64,000 nucleotides of DNA, taken from Gemmatimonadota bacterium (lineage in GTDB: Bacteria; Gemmatimonadota; Gemmatimonadetes; Gemmatimonadales; GWC2-71-9). This document shows, piece after piece, positions 40,557 through 50,229 of the stretch; position 1 is the first letter of the stretch, and each line of letters opens with the position of its first letter. The stretch covers positions 1 to 64,000 of the forward strand of contig JBDHKN010000002.1 in assembly GCA_039586365.1 (NCBI GenBank), in the 5' to 3' direction. Both the position numbers and the translations under genes were made by a program. Below the pieces are notes generated by a model. The model was given only the letters and a program-made list of their open reading frames with translations. It was not told the DNA's origin and did not search any database.

Positions 40557-41471
40557 CTACCCCACCCCAGGAATCGACGAACCGTGACAGACAGAACACA
40601 TCGAGGGGTTCTTGTCTCTCAGCCGATCGGCATCGAATCCCGGTCCGTGCGGATTGACCCTGCCTGACAACGCAGAATGGCAGCGCAGGCAGTCGCTCTC
40701 AGCGTGGCACGCCACGCATGATTCGAGACTTTGCCGCGCAGCCTGTCCGTGCCCGGCAATGAAGTTTTGCTTGGCGTCGTGGTAACGCGACCCAATACCC
40801 CCGATCGCCGTGAGGCCCGCCTGAAGATGGCAGCTGGCGCAGAAGGAGCGCACGTTGTGGCAATCGCTGCACGAGAGTTCGCGAGTATACGCAGCCGTTG
40901 GGTGCTCGGACAGGAAATTGGCTGGATGATAACCAGGGGATCCCGTGGCGGGGTTCGGCTGGTGGCACTCCAAACAGTCACCCCTCACATGGCAACCAGC
41001 ACAGGTTTCTGGCGCTGCCGCAGCTTCAGCTGAGTGGCGATTCCGGAAATCGCTGCCGTGCCACACCGAAGGGCTATTGAGCGCCTCCGACTTGCTGTGA
41101 CAGTCGCGGCATTGGCCAGCCATCGGAAGCTCTCCGGCCACCACATGACAGTCAGCGCACTCATTGCTTGCAGCTTCGATGTGGCGTCCGTGCTCGAACC
41201 TCAGATTGGACTGTGGCCGCGGCTCGGTCGGCGTCCAGTCTATCGCGGGCTGCAGATTGCCGTCGTGACACGCCGCGCAAAACGTCGGCTGCGGATAGGG
41301 AGAAGCATCCGGCTGCGTTACACCACCGTGGCACGCGTCACACCCGAACAACCCCGCATGCTTATCGTGGGGGAACGGCTTCGAAATAACGACTGACGCC
41401 AAAGGAGCCCATCCCATTCCCACGGCAACCGTTGTCACCGCCAGCAACGCCAACAACTTGATCGCTCTCAT
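40557..41471 (-). CDS. Periplasmic undecaheme cytochrome c
   Basis: Signal peptide; 11 CxxCH; overlaps the porin stop (ATGA). Confidence 0.92.
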   Translation of the reverse strand: MRAIKLLALLAVTTVAVGMGWAPLASVVISKPFPHDKHAGLFGCDACHGGVTQPDASPYPQPTFCAACHDGNLQPAIDWTPTEPRPQSNLRFEHGRHIEAASNECADCHVVAGELPMAGQCRDCHSKSEALNSPSVWHGSDFRNRHSAEAAAAPETCAGCHVRGDCLECHQPNPATGSPGYHPANFLSEHPTAAYTRELSCSDCHNVRSFCASCHLQAGLTAIGGIGSRYHDAKQNFIAGHGQAARQSLESCVACHAESDCLRCHSALSGRVNPHGPGFDADRLRDKNPSMCSVCHGSSIPGVG

Positions 41472-42982
41472 CGTACCCCCCTTCCTTCGGGAATGCGGAG
41501 AATGGCAGGATGCAACCCACCTCCTCTTGGTGTAGTCCCGAAGTCAAACGACAGCCCCGCGTTCAGTCGCCACTGGTCCCAGCTGAGGCGTGCGGCGTCA
41601 CTGCGTTGGCGGACTTCGTCATAGCGACGCACCTCTGCGTTCAGACGAACACCGCCGACTGTCCGATAGTCGAACCGCAGCGCGTATGACCGGACGTCGG
41701 CCTCGTTGAAGCGGAACTCCAGGGGTCGCTGCAAGCGTTGGGCGTGCCCCGTCACGCTGAGCGCCTCGGTCGGAGTGAAGGTAGCTAGCCCCTCGTACCC
41801 CACAGACCTGGAGCCCAGACCCTCGTCCACCCAGTGGCCAGCTTCGAACCTCCAGGCCCTGAGGCCATTATAGGCAGCCCCCAGCTTCCAGCGCCACCCG
41901 TCCGACTCCACCTGTTGTAGTCGCGTTGAGGCCTCGGTGTCGTCGAACTCGTAAATCTCACCTGACGTCCTCACCTCCAGTCCACCAATGGGAGAAATCG
42001 AGAGCGACCCGAATCCTGCATTGTAAGGTACCGGGCTGAACGCTCCCCAAATCGTCCACAGATCGAAACGAGGTCTGTACCGGCGGGCACCCACCGTCAG
42101 GCGTCCCATGCCTCTAGGTGCGATGTAGGTCGCCGAGGCGTCCGCAGTTCCCCACAAGCCGGCCGCCACGTCATACTCAGCGCCACCCGATACTGTGATG
42201 TTGCTTGCAGGGCTCAGATCCAGATCGAATGCCACTCGATCGGACACCAGGTTCTCCGATTCAGGGTCGATCTCTCGCTGCCAAATCGCCTGTCCAAAAA
42301 CCTGCGAGAACGACAGTCCCAGCCCAGCACCAACTATCAGTTGGCGATCACGGGGCTGGAATTCGTCCAGTGGGTTTAGAGCACCACTTGTCACCGGGAG
42401 TGCCACTCCTCGCGCCAAACCCCAACCACCATAGCCCAGCACCCGCAGTTTCCGACCCAAAGGCATGACTTCGGCTTTCACTCCATCGAAGCCAGTCCAT
42501 CCGAATCTCGTGGCAACATGTGTCCGGCCCGCCTGTGCAACCAGACTCCGTTGGGTGTACTCGAGGTACCCTTCCAGCAGCTGTACCTCAGGATCGGTGC
42601 CGGGCCAGACGTCCGCCTTGGACAGGTCAGTGCCGAAACGCACTTTGGTGTTCAGTCGTAAGCCGGAGACGCCGAAACCCCAGGCACTGGCATCCACAGT
42701 CGCCACAACCGGGTGCCCTCTCAGATCCGGTCCTGGACGGTAGAACGTGCAGTACTCCACGCCTGCCGGGCAGTAGGCGGCATAGCCGTCAGCGGTGAGG
42801 AAGGACCCATCACCGGTGAGTCGCACATCGGCAGCCAATACGCTGTCGATAGAGTACCCGCGGTACGATATGCCCTGGTATCGCGCGTCGAGTCGTGCCC
42901 GATAGCCCTGGGCACTGACGGGCGCTGCCCATGTCACGACGATCCCGACGGCCAAAGTTGCCAACAGCTTCGATGACTTCAT
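41468..42982 (-). CDS. Outer-membrane beta-barrel protein (porin of a putative porin-cytochrome conduit)
   Basis: Signal peptide, alternating amphipathic aromatic/Gly-rich strands, terminal LNAGLSFDF strand; coupled to a multiheme gene. Confidence 0.75.
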   Translation of the reverse strand: MKSSKLLATLAVGIVVTWAAPVSAQGYRARLDARYQGISYRGYSIDSVLAADVRLTGDGSFLTADGYAAYCPAGVEYCTFYRPGPDLRGHPVVATVDASAWGFGVSGLRLNTKVRFGTDLSKADVWPGTDPEVQLLEGYLEYTQRSLVAQAGRTHVATRFGWTGFDGVKAEVMPLGRKLRVLGYGGWGLARGVALPVTSGALNPLDEFQPRDRQLIVGAGLGLSFSQVFGQAIWQREIDPESENLVSDRVAFDLDLSPASNITVSGGAEYDVAAGLWGTADASATYIAPRGMGRLTVGARRYRPRFDLWTIWGAFSPVPYNAGFGSLSISPIGGLEVRTSGEIYEFDDTEASTRLQQVESDGWRWKLGAAYNGLRAWRFEAGHWVDEGLGSRSVGYEGLATFTPTEALSVTGHAQRLQRPLEFRFNEADVRSYALRFDYRTVGGVRLNAEVRRYDEVRQRSDAARLSWDQWRLNAGLSFDFGTTPRGGGLHPAILRIPEGRGVR

Positions 42983-43065
42983 GAAGCCCCCTCCGCAGTG
43001 AGACTCAAGCGCGGCAGGTCTGAGTGATCAACAACATCGGAACCCAAGGTTAGCTCAGACTACTC

Positions 43066-45909
43066 CTACTGATAGCCGAACAGCATTGCGTATACTATCA
43101 GCGCGATCAGGGTAAGGCCAATAGCTAGGGCAGTGAAGCCCAGCACCTTGAACATCACTTGTAGTTTCCGAGGATACGGATGCGCTAGGTGCTCCGCCAG
43201 TTTCCCCTCTCGTACAAGCTCTTCGTATTCCCTGGGCTTGTCCTCCTTCAACTCCTCCACTGATACCCTACCCGTGAATATCACCGGGTCCATGGGAAAT
43301 TTATCAGGCCGGAAGTGGGTGTTGAAGAAGTGGATTGTGAAAATGAAGCCCACCGCCAACAAGGCTTCGTCACTGTGCACGATGGTAGCCACGTTCACCC
43401 ACCACCCTGGGATCACTGCAGTGAAGAACTCGGGGAACCACAGGAGCAGGCCGGTCGAACCGATGACCATCATGCCCCAGAATACCGCGAAGTAGTCGAA
43501 CTTCTCCCAATAGGTATATCGTCCGTACTCCGGACGAGGGCCGCGGCCCAGGAACCACTTGATCGATCCCCAGAACTCCCTGAGATCTGTCTTGTTGAAG
43601 ATGAGGGAATTCTCGGAAAAAATGAACCTCACCCAGTTCTTACCTGACGCCTTCTTCTGCTTGAACACATCAACCAGATGGACGATGAACACCGTGATCA
43701 GGGCAACCGCTCCAACCCGGTGCAAGAACCCCGTCGTAGTGAAGCCACCAACGACTGAAGAAATGACCTGCGCCCAACGGGCATAGGAGAATTTCAGCAC
43801 CATCCCCGTCAGCGCCAGGGTGAAAAAGCTGAACAGCATGACCAAGTGCAACCCACGGTGGAACGTACTGAAGCGCTTGTACAGCTTCTCTTCGGGAGCG
43901 GGCTTGTGTCGTTTCCAGACACCGGGCGACCGGGTCAGCCTGAAGAGCCAGGCCCCGGTATGAATTAGAGCAAAGGTGAGCGTGCCCACCAGCAGCGCCG
44001 TCATTCCCCAGAAGGCATAGAAGAGTAAGGGGTACTTGTCCTGGTCGTGGTGTGTAGCGTGGGTCAGATAACCCGTGAAGCGACGGTTGGCACCTGGGTG
44101 ACAGGAACTGCAAGTCTCGATGATGTTCCGCCGGCTCAACGTAGATGCGGGCTCTGATGTCGGTAAGATGTTGTGGGTTCCGTGACAATCGTAGCACTTC
44201 GCGGCAGCGGCGTCACCCAGCCGAGACACCTTCCCGTGGAAGGTGTCAAAGAAGGTCTCTGCCTCATCGGTATGGCAGTTGCCACACTGGGTCATCTCGC
44301 GCAGGCGGAAATCTGCCAGGTCCGTGCGACTGATGGAGTGCGACGTGTGGCAGTCTTCGCAGGTGGGGAGCTCGGTCTCTCCCGCTGCCTGACCATTGCC
44401 GGGCCAGTGAATGCTGGCCATGAATACCTCTGCGATTCCGTGATGACAGCTGCCGCACGTTCCTGCGAGGTTGTCGCGGTGTACAGACGACTCAGGGTCA
44501 TCGGGTGCCAGCTCTTTGTGCGGCGTGTGGCAACTGGGGCAAGTCGCCGTAACCACCAAGCCGCTTTCGAACAGGCCCTTCCCATGGATGCTCATTTCGT
44601 AGCTCTCCACGGGAGGAACTAGCTCTAGCGTCTCTCCCAGTGCAACCAGCGGTTCCTGCGCTGCCTCATCCAGTTGTCGGGCCAGATGGTTAGACTCGAC
44701 CCGAACGGCAGCTTTCTGCCCCCGACGGTGGCAGTTGGCGCACAGCCCCGGAACGTTGCGCGCAAAGGTAGGAGACGCAGGAACCAAATGGCTCTGTATC
44801 GCGTGTTTGCCGTGGCAGTCGAGGCAAGTCGGCGCATCGGGATCATTCTGAGCGACCAAGCGACCATGGATACCCGAGGTGTAATCACTCACCTGTTCGG
44901 TGTGGCAAGGGCTGCAATCGACAGGAGATGAGATCGTGGCGCAGGGCCGCGTCAACGTGATGCTGACGTCACTGTGGCATTGGGCACAAGGTGTATCCGA
45001 GTGGACAGATAGATTGTGCGCCTGCTCATCTACGTAAAGTGAAACCGAGTCACCCTGAGCGATACCTGTGAGATTCGGATCACTGTGGCAACGTAGGCAG
45101 TTCTGATTTGCCGCACCCGCTTCGTACAACACGCCTCTAACGGTGTGCGGTGCGTGGCAGTCGACGCACACCGGGATCATGTCTGGCTGTTCCCGCCAAC
45201 GCCGGCCCTCGATCACCTGCCGATGTACCTGTTCGATCTGCGAGTGACACTGCTCGCATGTCCTCGCCACATTGTTGTGATTGATGCTAGATCGCGGATC
45301 AGTGTGCGGCAGTATGAAGTGTGACGTGTGACACGAAGTGCAGACTGCAGTGACCGTGAGTCCCTGTCTGAACAAACCCTCGCCGTGAATGGAAAGCGAG
45401 TAATTGACCAGGATCGAATCCTGCGGAATGTTGCGTGTCCTGGCAACGGGCGCACCTTCCCTGTGGCACTCACCACAGAGGAAGGGGATGTTCATCACCC
45501 TTGTGGGCGATCGCGGATCTGTGTGAGACAGTACGTCGTGAGTCCCGTGACAATCCTGACAGGTGGGTGCCAATAGGTCCCCACGCGCGCCAGCCTGACC
45601 GTGAAGTGACGCTGTGTGTTGTCTCTGTTGCTCGGCATGACACATGCCGCAGTCGACCTTGAAGCGGTCCTCCGGGTGTGGAAACTCCAAGCCCATGTGG
45701 CAGGTCGTGCACTGCATCTCCGCGCTGCCGTGGACCGAACCCGAGAACGTCTCTGTGGTGACAACCAATCGAGGTGCCTCAGCCGCCGGAAACATCGCGG
45801 CATTCCCGTGACACATGAGGCATGTCTCACTGTCCTGAGCCGCGGTCGGGATGGCCGCGAACAGGCTCACAATCACGAATCCAAAGGACACAACGAGAAT
45901 CTTCCGCAT
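43066..45909 (-). CDS. CbcL-like fusion: 19-heme cytochrome c plus FdnI-type cytochrome b
   Basis: 19 CxxCH then TM region with RYTYWEKFDYFAVFWG, HSDEA, HFF; start at MRKILVV. Confidence 0.9.
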   Translation of the reverse strand: MRKILVVSFGFVIVSLFAAIPTAAQDSETCLMCHGNAAMFPAAEAPRLVVTTETFSGSVHGSAEMQCTTCHMGLEFPHPEDRFKVDCGMCHAEQQRQHTASLHGQAGARGDLLAPTCQDCHGTHDVLSHTDPRSPTRVMNIPFLCGECHREGAPVARTRNIPQDSILVNYSLSIHGEGLFRQGLTVTAVCTSCHTSHFILPHTDPRSSINHNNVARTCEQCHSQIEQVHRQVIEGRRWREQPDMIPVCVDCHAPHTVRGVLYEAGAANQNCLRCHSDPNLTGIAQGDSVSLYVDEQAHNLSVHSDTPCAQCHSDVSITLTRPCATISSPVDCSPCHTEQVSDYTSGIHGRLVAQNDPDAPTCLDCHGKHAIQSHLVPASPTFARNVPGLCANCHRRGQKAAVRVESNHLARQLDEAAQEPLVALGETLELVPPVESYEMSIHGKGLFESGLVVTATCPSCHTPHKELAPDDPESSVHRDNLAGTCGSCHHGIAEVFMASIHWPGNGQAAGETELPTCEDCHTSHSISRTDLADFRLREMTQCGNCHTDEAETFFDTFHGKVSRLGDAAAAKCYDCHGTHNILPTSEPASTLSRRNIIETCSSCHPGANRRFTGYLTHATHHDQDKYPLLFYAFWGMTALLVGTLTFALIHTGAWLFRLTRSPGVWKRHKPAPEEKLYKRFSTFHRGLHLVMLFSFFTLALTGMVLKFSYARWAQVISSVVGGFTTTGFLHRVGAVALITVFIVHLVDVFKQKKASGKNWVRFIFSENSLIFNKTDLREFWGSIKWFLGRGPRPEYGRYTYWEKFDYFAVFWGMMVIGSTGLLLWFPEFFTAVIPGWWVNVATIVHSDEALLAVGFIFTIHFFNTHFRPDKFPMDPVIFTGRVSVEELKEDKPREYEELVREGKLAEHLAHPYPRKLQVMFKVLGFTALAIGLTLIALIVYAMLFGYQ

Positions 45910-46147
45910 CCAGACTCCAGCCAAACTCGCACACGCTGTGTGAGCCCCATTCCCTCGCACAACCACACCCCCGCAATAGCTTCTGGCATACCTCGCAGCC
46001 GGGGTCCGGGACATTTCCCCAGCCTTCCCACCATCTAGAATTTACTTATCACGTGCTGCTCTCCAGCCTCCTTAAAGAGTTCCTCATCAGCGATTTAGAG
46101 GATTCCGGCAGAGTCCGGCCACGCAACTCCGGGGCTCGTGCGCGCAA

Positions 46148-48094
46148 TCAAGCCTCGGAGCTTGCTCCAGACTCCTCCCCTACGTGCGCGATCTCCTCTT
46201 TGTACCAGCGGCCGTGATGTTCCTCCGCAGTCTTCTTGGACATCTTGCCAGTCAGCCAGGTCCAGTTCATGGGATACTCGCCAGGATAGAAGAACACGAA
46301 GAAGAAGTGCCAAACGACGATGGCCAGCGTCGCCAACCAAGCCTCGTAGTAGTGGATAGTCTGCGAGATTGTAACGGCGATTGCCGGTAAGAACCCAACC
46401 GCCACTGTCGGGAACCATAGCACGAAGCCTGTGAGGGCCATTACGACTGTCCCCCAAACCAGCGCCCAGTATTCTGCCTTCTGCGTGTAGTCGTAACGGC
46501 CGAACTTGGCTTTCTTCTCGCTGCGCCATGTGTAGTACTTCATGTTAGCCCAGAAATCCTTCACGTCTTGCAGGTTAGGCAGCATCGCCCAAAACTCTTT
46601 CCTCCCGCGTTTGACGGAGATGATGTACCACAGGTGGCTGAGAGATACAAGGACCATGACAACAGCACCGATGCGGTGGAGAGTCGAACGTACCGGTTCA
46701 GTCATACCCACTACGGACAACTGCTTCACCCACCAAGCATCGGGGAACCTCAGCGCAAATCCCGTGAGCACCAGCAGCCAAAAGGACACCAAGAGACCCA
46801 CATGTTGTATTCTCTGTACTACATCCAAGCGCAGGATTGACTCGGCGGACATGGCCTCCTTCCGGCGCTTGATGGCGTAGAAACTCAGAATCACCACGTT
46901 GTGGAGCAGCATACCGCCGATCGTAAGGGCGATCAACCAAAGGTAGACGCTCTTTATCAAGCGATTGATGGGGTTGGATATGACGGATGTGGCCTCATGC
47001 GTGTAGCTTGCAGCGAACTGTTGATCCGCACCGGGGTGACATTGTTGGCAGGTTTGCACGACGTTGCTGATGTAGATCGTGGACGTAGAGTCCGATGCCG
47101 GCAAGACCCGGTGCGTCGAGTGGCAGCTGACACAAGTGGCCGCAAGCTCGTAACCGCGCCGCGATGCCCAGCCATGGTAGCTGTCCACATATGAGCCTAC
47201 TTCGCCTCCCCTGAGACCATAGGTAGCCACAATGACCGGATCGTCATGGCAGGTGCCACAGGTTTCCGTAGCAAGTCGCGCCGCGTATGTGGTGGCATCA
47301 GGATCGTTGTGTGAGAGGATTAGGTGTTCCCCGTGGCAGTCATTGCATGTGGGGCTGTCACTCACTCCAGCCCGTAGAGCTCTACCGTGAATCGATTGTT
47401 CGTACTCGATCTGGACATCTTGGTGGCACTTGCCGCATGTGCTCGAGACGTTCATGTGGCTCACACTAGACGTGGGATCGTCGGGTGATCCGAGATTGTG
47501 CACCCCATGACAATCGTTGCAGTTTGCTGCGGCGCTGATTCCCTCCTCAGACCGTTGCCCATGAATCGACTCAGCGTAGGATACCGCAGGCCGAGCAACC
47601 TTCACGATAGCATCGGTGAGAAGACCCTGGGTCCCGTGACAAGTGGCACAAGTGGCAGGAACATTGAGTCTATGCGTCGGCGCCCTGGGGTCCGCGCTCC
47701 GCAGTATTCCGTGAGTGCCGTGACAAGTCTTGCACGCGGGCGCGTTCGGACTGCCTCGGTCCAGCGCATAACCATGCATGCTGCGTTGGTAGATATCAGC
47801 AATCGCCGAGTGACAGCTGCCGCAATTCACCGTGGGCATGTCGTCTGGATGCGGAAAGATGACACCCTGATGACACATTGCACAGGAGAATCCAAGTACC
47901 CCGTGGACCGAGTTACTGTATTCTTCCTGTGCCACTACTAGCCGTGAAGGATCCTCTGTACCCGCGAACAGTGACACGTCCGCATGACACATCATGCAGG
48001 GTAACTCACCCTGAGCAACCAAAGTACGGCTATCTATGACTACAGCTGCGACGGCGGCGATCAATGCCGTCAGTCGTGTCGCACGCATACTCAT
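46148..48094 (-). CDS. CbcL-like fusion: 11-heme cytochrome c plus FdnI-type cytochrome b
   Basis: 11 CxxCH then QRIQH, RYDYTQKAEYWA, HYYEA, WHFF. Confidence 0.9.
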   Translation of the reverse strand: MSMRATRLTALIAAVAAVVIDSRTLVAQGELPCMMCHADVSLFAGTEDPSRLVVAQEEYSNSVHGVLGFSCAMCHQGVIFPHPDDMPTVNCGSCHSAIADIYQRSMHGYALDRGSPNAPACKTCHGTHGILRSADPRAPTHRLNVPATCATCHGTQGLLTDAIVKVARPAVSYAESIHGQRSEEGISAAANCNDCHGVHNLGSPDDPTSSVSHMNVSSTCGKCHQDVQIEYEQSIHGRALRAGVSDSPTCNDCHGEHLILSHNDPDATTYAARLATETCGTCHDDPVIVATYGLRGGEVGSYVDSYHGWASRRGYELAATCVSCHSTHRVLPASDSTSTIYISNVVQTCQQCHPGADQQFAASYTHEATSVISNPINRLIKSVYLWLIALTIGGMLLHNVVILSFYAIKRRKEAMSAESILRLDVVQRIQHVGLLVSFWLLVLTGFALRFPDAWWVKQLSVVGMTEPVRSTLHRIGAVVMVLVSLSHLWYIISVKRGRKEFWAMLPNLQDVKDFWANMKYYTWRSEKKAKFGRYDYTQKAEYWALVWGTVVMALTGFVLWFPTVAVGFLPAIAVTISQTIHYYEAWLATLAIVVWHFFFVFFYPGEYPMNWTWLTGKMSKKTAEEHHGRWYKEEIAHVGEESGASSEA

Positions 48095-48243
48095 TCATCT
48101 CCCAGTTTCGGACTATAGCCGCCAGACCAATAATGATGCTCGCGGCGCGGGCGATTGGCGCTGGGACTAGACCCACGACGGACTTTCTCCTTGCTACACT
48201 GCAAGCAGCTGACAGCGATTCCCTGCGGGTTCCCTATCTTCGT

Positions 48244-50229
48244 CTAACCGCTCAGTGAACCCACCTGGTGGCATGCATCGCACACCAACGGAGCGTTGTG
48301 CTCCACTTTGTCAGTATGACATACGGTACAGACCTGGCGACTCCACTTGTCGATTCCCACAACCGCGCCCCCATGACACTGCGAACACTGCAGGTGAGCG
48401 AAGCTCAGCGCATGGTTGGATTTCGCTCCCTCTCGATGACAGGAGAGACAAGTTGCCTCGGGTTGGTGGTGCCGATCGTGACAGGTGTCGCAGTTGAGGC
48501 CTCTAGCACTCATGGACGGTGTCTGGTGGCACATCGCGCAGGCCAGATCTGCTTCACGGTGCGGTTCGTGCGAAAAGTCGCCCATTGAATGCACCTGCAC
48601 CTCTGAAGGGGCACCGCCCACACCCTCATGGCATCGAGCGCAGTTCATCGCTCCGATCTCGCGGTGGTGGCAGGAGTTGCACGCCACCACGCTCGCAAGC
48701 GTTGTCTTCCCGTGATCGTCCAGCGGTGTATGACAGGCGGTGCATTCGAGTCCAGCACCGACCGCGTGCCGTTCGTGACTGACAATTCGGTCTCTGAACC
48801 GCACATCCCTCCGCTCGACGCCGAGGTGGCAGCTGAGGCACACATTGTCATTCAGCTTCGGCCCTAAGTCGACGGTCGGAACCCCAAAAGGCAGGCCACC
48901 ATCCATAACGGCTTCATTCATTAGATCCAGAGCAGCCCGCAGCAGCTCGTCGGCAAACGCGACATTGTGCGTTCCTCTCCCGACTCTTACGAATTCGAGG
49001 TTCTCTTCCGCCAGGCTCAGGAGGCTATCAATCTTGGCCCGCGAGCGAATGGGCGCGGAACCAGCCGCTCTGCGGGCACCAGCAACCACCTGACTCACTG
49101 ACACCAGTCTCCGCTGCATCTCTTGCTGCCAGGAAGGCAGGATGTTGGCATAACGGATACCGTGACAAGACAGGCAAGTGGCCTCACCGGCCAACTGGAC
49201 TTCCTCGTGTCCCTCGACCTCACGCGGTAGCCCGTGGCAACTCTGGCATGACACTCGAGCTAGGAACATTGAGCTGGGCATCTCCTCAGCACCGTGACCA
49301 CCCAACCCTGCATAGAGTCGTTGCTGCGCCTCGTGCGTACGCTGGTGACAGGCGCGGCAGTCAAGGTCGAACGTGGGCCTTAGCGAGACAACCCGATGGT
49401 CCATTCGCTCGTGACATTGGGTGCACTCGACGTTGTGCTCCGCTATATGAGTCCGATGCACCAACTCAGTGTTGTCGAACAAAACAACGCGTTCCGGCTC
49501 GTTGTGGCAGTTGAAACAGCGCGACTCCTCAGCTAGTCCAGATCCCGAGACGACCTCACCGTGACAAGAAAGGCACGACACCATGTCCCGGATGTACTGC
49601 GGGTGATCAACCACGAAGCCAGCCGGTGATTCCACCCGAGGCGGTGACTTGTGACAGCCGGTACACCCCGCTATGGGCTCACCCTCGGGTGTCTCCTTGA
49701 AGTGACAGAGATAGCATGTCGACTCGGTGACCCTGAGGTGGTCACCCTGAACGATCTGCGAGTGACAGCTGGTGCAGCGAAGTTGCTTGCCGCGCCGCAG
49801 CTCGCCCAAATGGTGCGCGTGGTCGAACTGGATCCCTCTGAACACCACGATGCCTTCGAGCTTCCTCTGCTCATGACAGCCCGAACGGAGACACGCCGCA
49901 TCTTCTATCTCCGCCCAAGGTTTCATGCCATAGGTACCGGTCACGTATTTCACGACCTGGTTGGCAGCCTGGATCTTGCCCATCGCCTCGGCCCTGATCC
50001 CTGGCGCATAGTGGCACTCGATACAGGGCACGTCGTTGTGGGATGAGCCGGCCCAGGATTCGTAGTAGGGAATCATGATGTGGCAGTTGTCGCAGAACCC
50101 TGGCTGAGCGCTGTATTCGATGAAACCAACGGTGCTCACGGCCGCCAGAATCACGAAGAGGACCCCTACCTGGATCAGGATCCTGACCGGTCGGGCGAGT
50201 CGCCGGAATCTGTGCGACAGGTCTGTCAT
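48244..50229 (-). CDS. NapC/NirT-headed giant multiheme cytochrome c (21 CxxCH plus 1 CX4CH)
   Basis: N-terminal TM, FCDNCH.M...Y.SW..SSH..V.CIECH; CLRSGCH; central helical region with GTHN. Confidence 0.9.
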   Translation of the reverse strand: MTDLSHRFRRLARPVRILIQVGVLFVILAAVSTVGFIEYSAQPGFCDNCHIMIPYYESWAGSSHNDVPCIECHYAPGIRAEAMGKIQAANQVVKYVTGTYGMKPWAEIEDAACLRSGCHEQRKLEGIVVFRGIQFDHAHHLGELRRGKQLRCTSCHSQIVQGDHLRVTESTCYLCHFKETPEGEPIAGCTGCHKSPPRVESPAGFVVDHPQYIRDMVSCLSCHGEVVSGSGLAEESRCFNCHNEPERVVLFDNTELVHRTHIAEHNVECTQCHERMDHRVVSLRPTFDLDCRACHQRTHEAQQRLYAGLGGHGAEEMPSSMFLARVSCQSCHGLPREVEGHEEVQLAGEATCLSCHGIRYANILPSWQQEMQRRLVSVSQVVAGARRAAGSAPIRSRAKIDSLLSLAEENLEFVRVGRGTHNVAFADELLRAALDLMNEAVMDGGLPFGVPTVDLGPKLNDNVCLSCHLGVERRDVRFRDRIVSHERHAVGAGLECTACHTPLDDHGKTTLASVVACNSCHHREIGAMNCARCHEGVGGAPSEVQVHSMGDFSHEPHREADLACAMCHQTPSMSARGLNCDTCHDRHHQPEATCLSCHREGAKSNHALSFAHLQCSQCHGGAVVGIDKWSRQVCTVCHTDKVEHNAPLVCDACHQVGSLSG

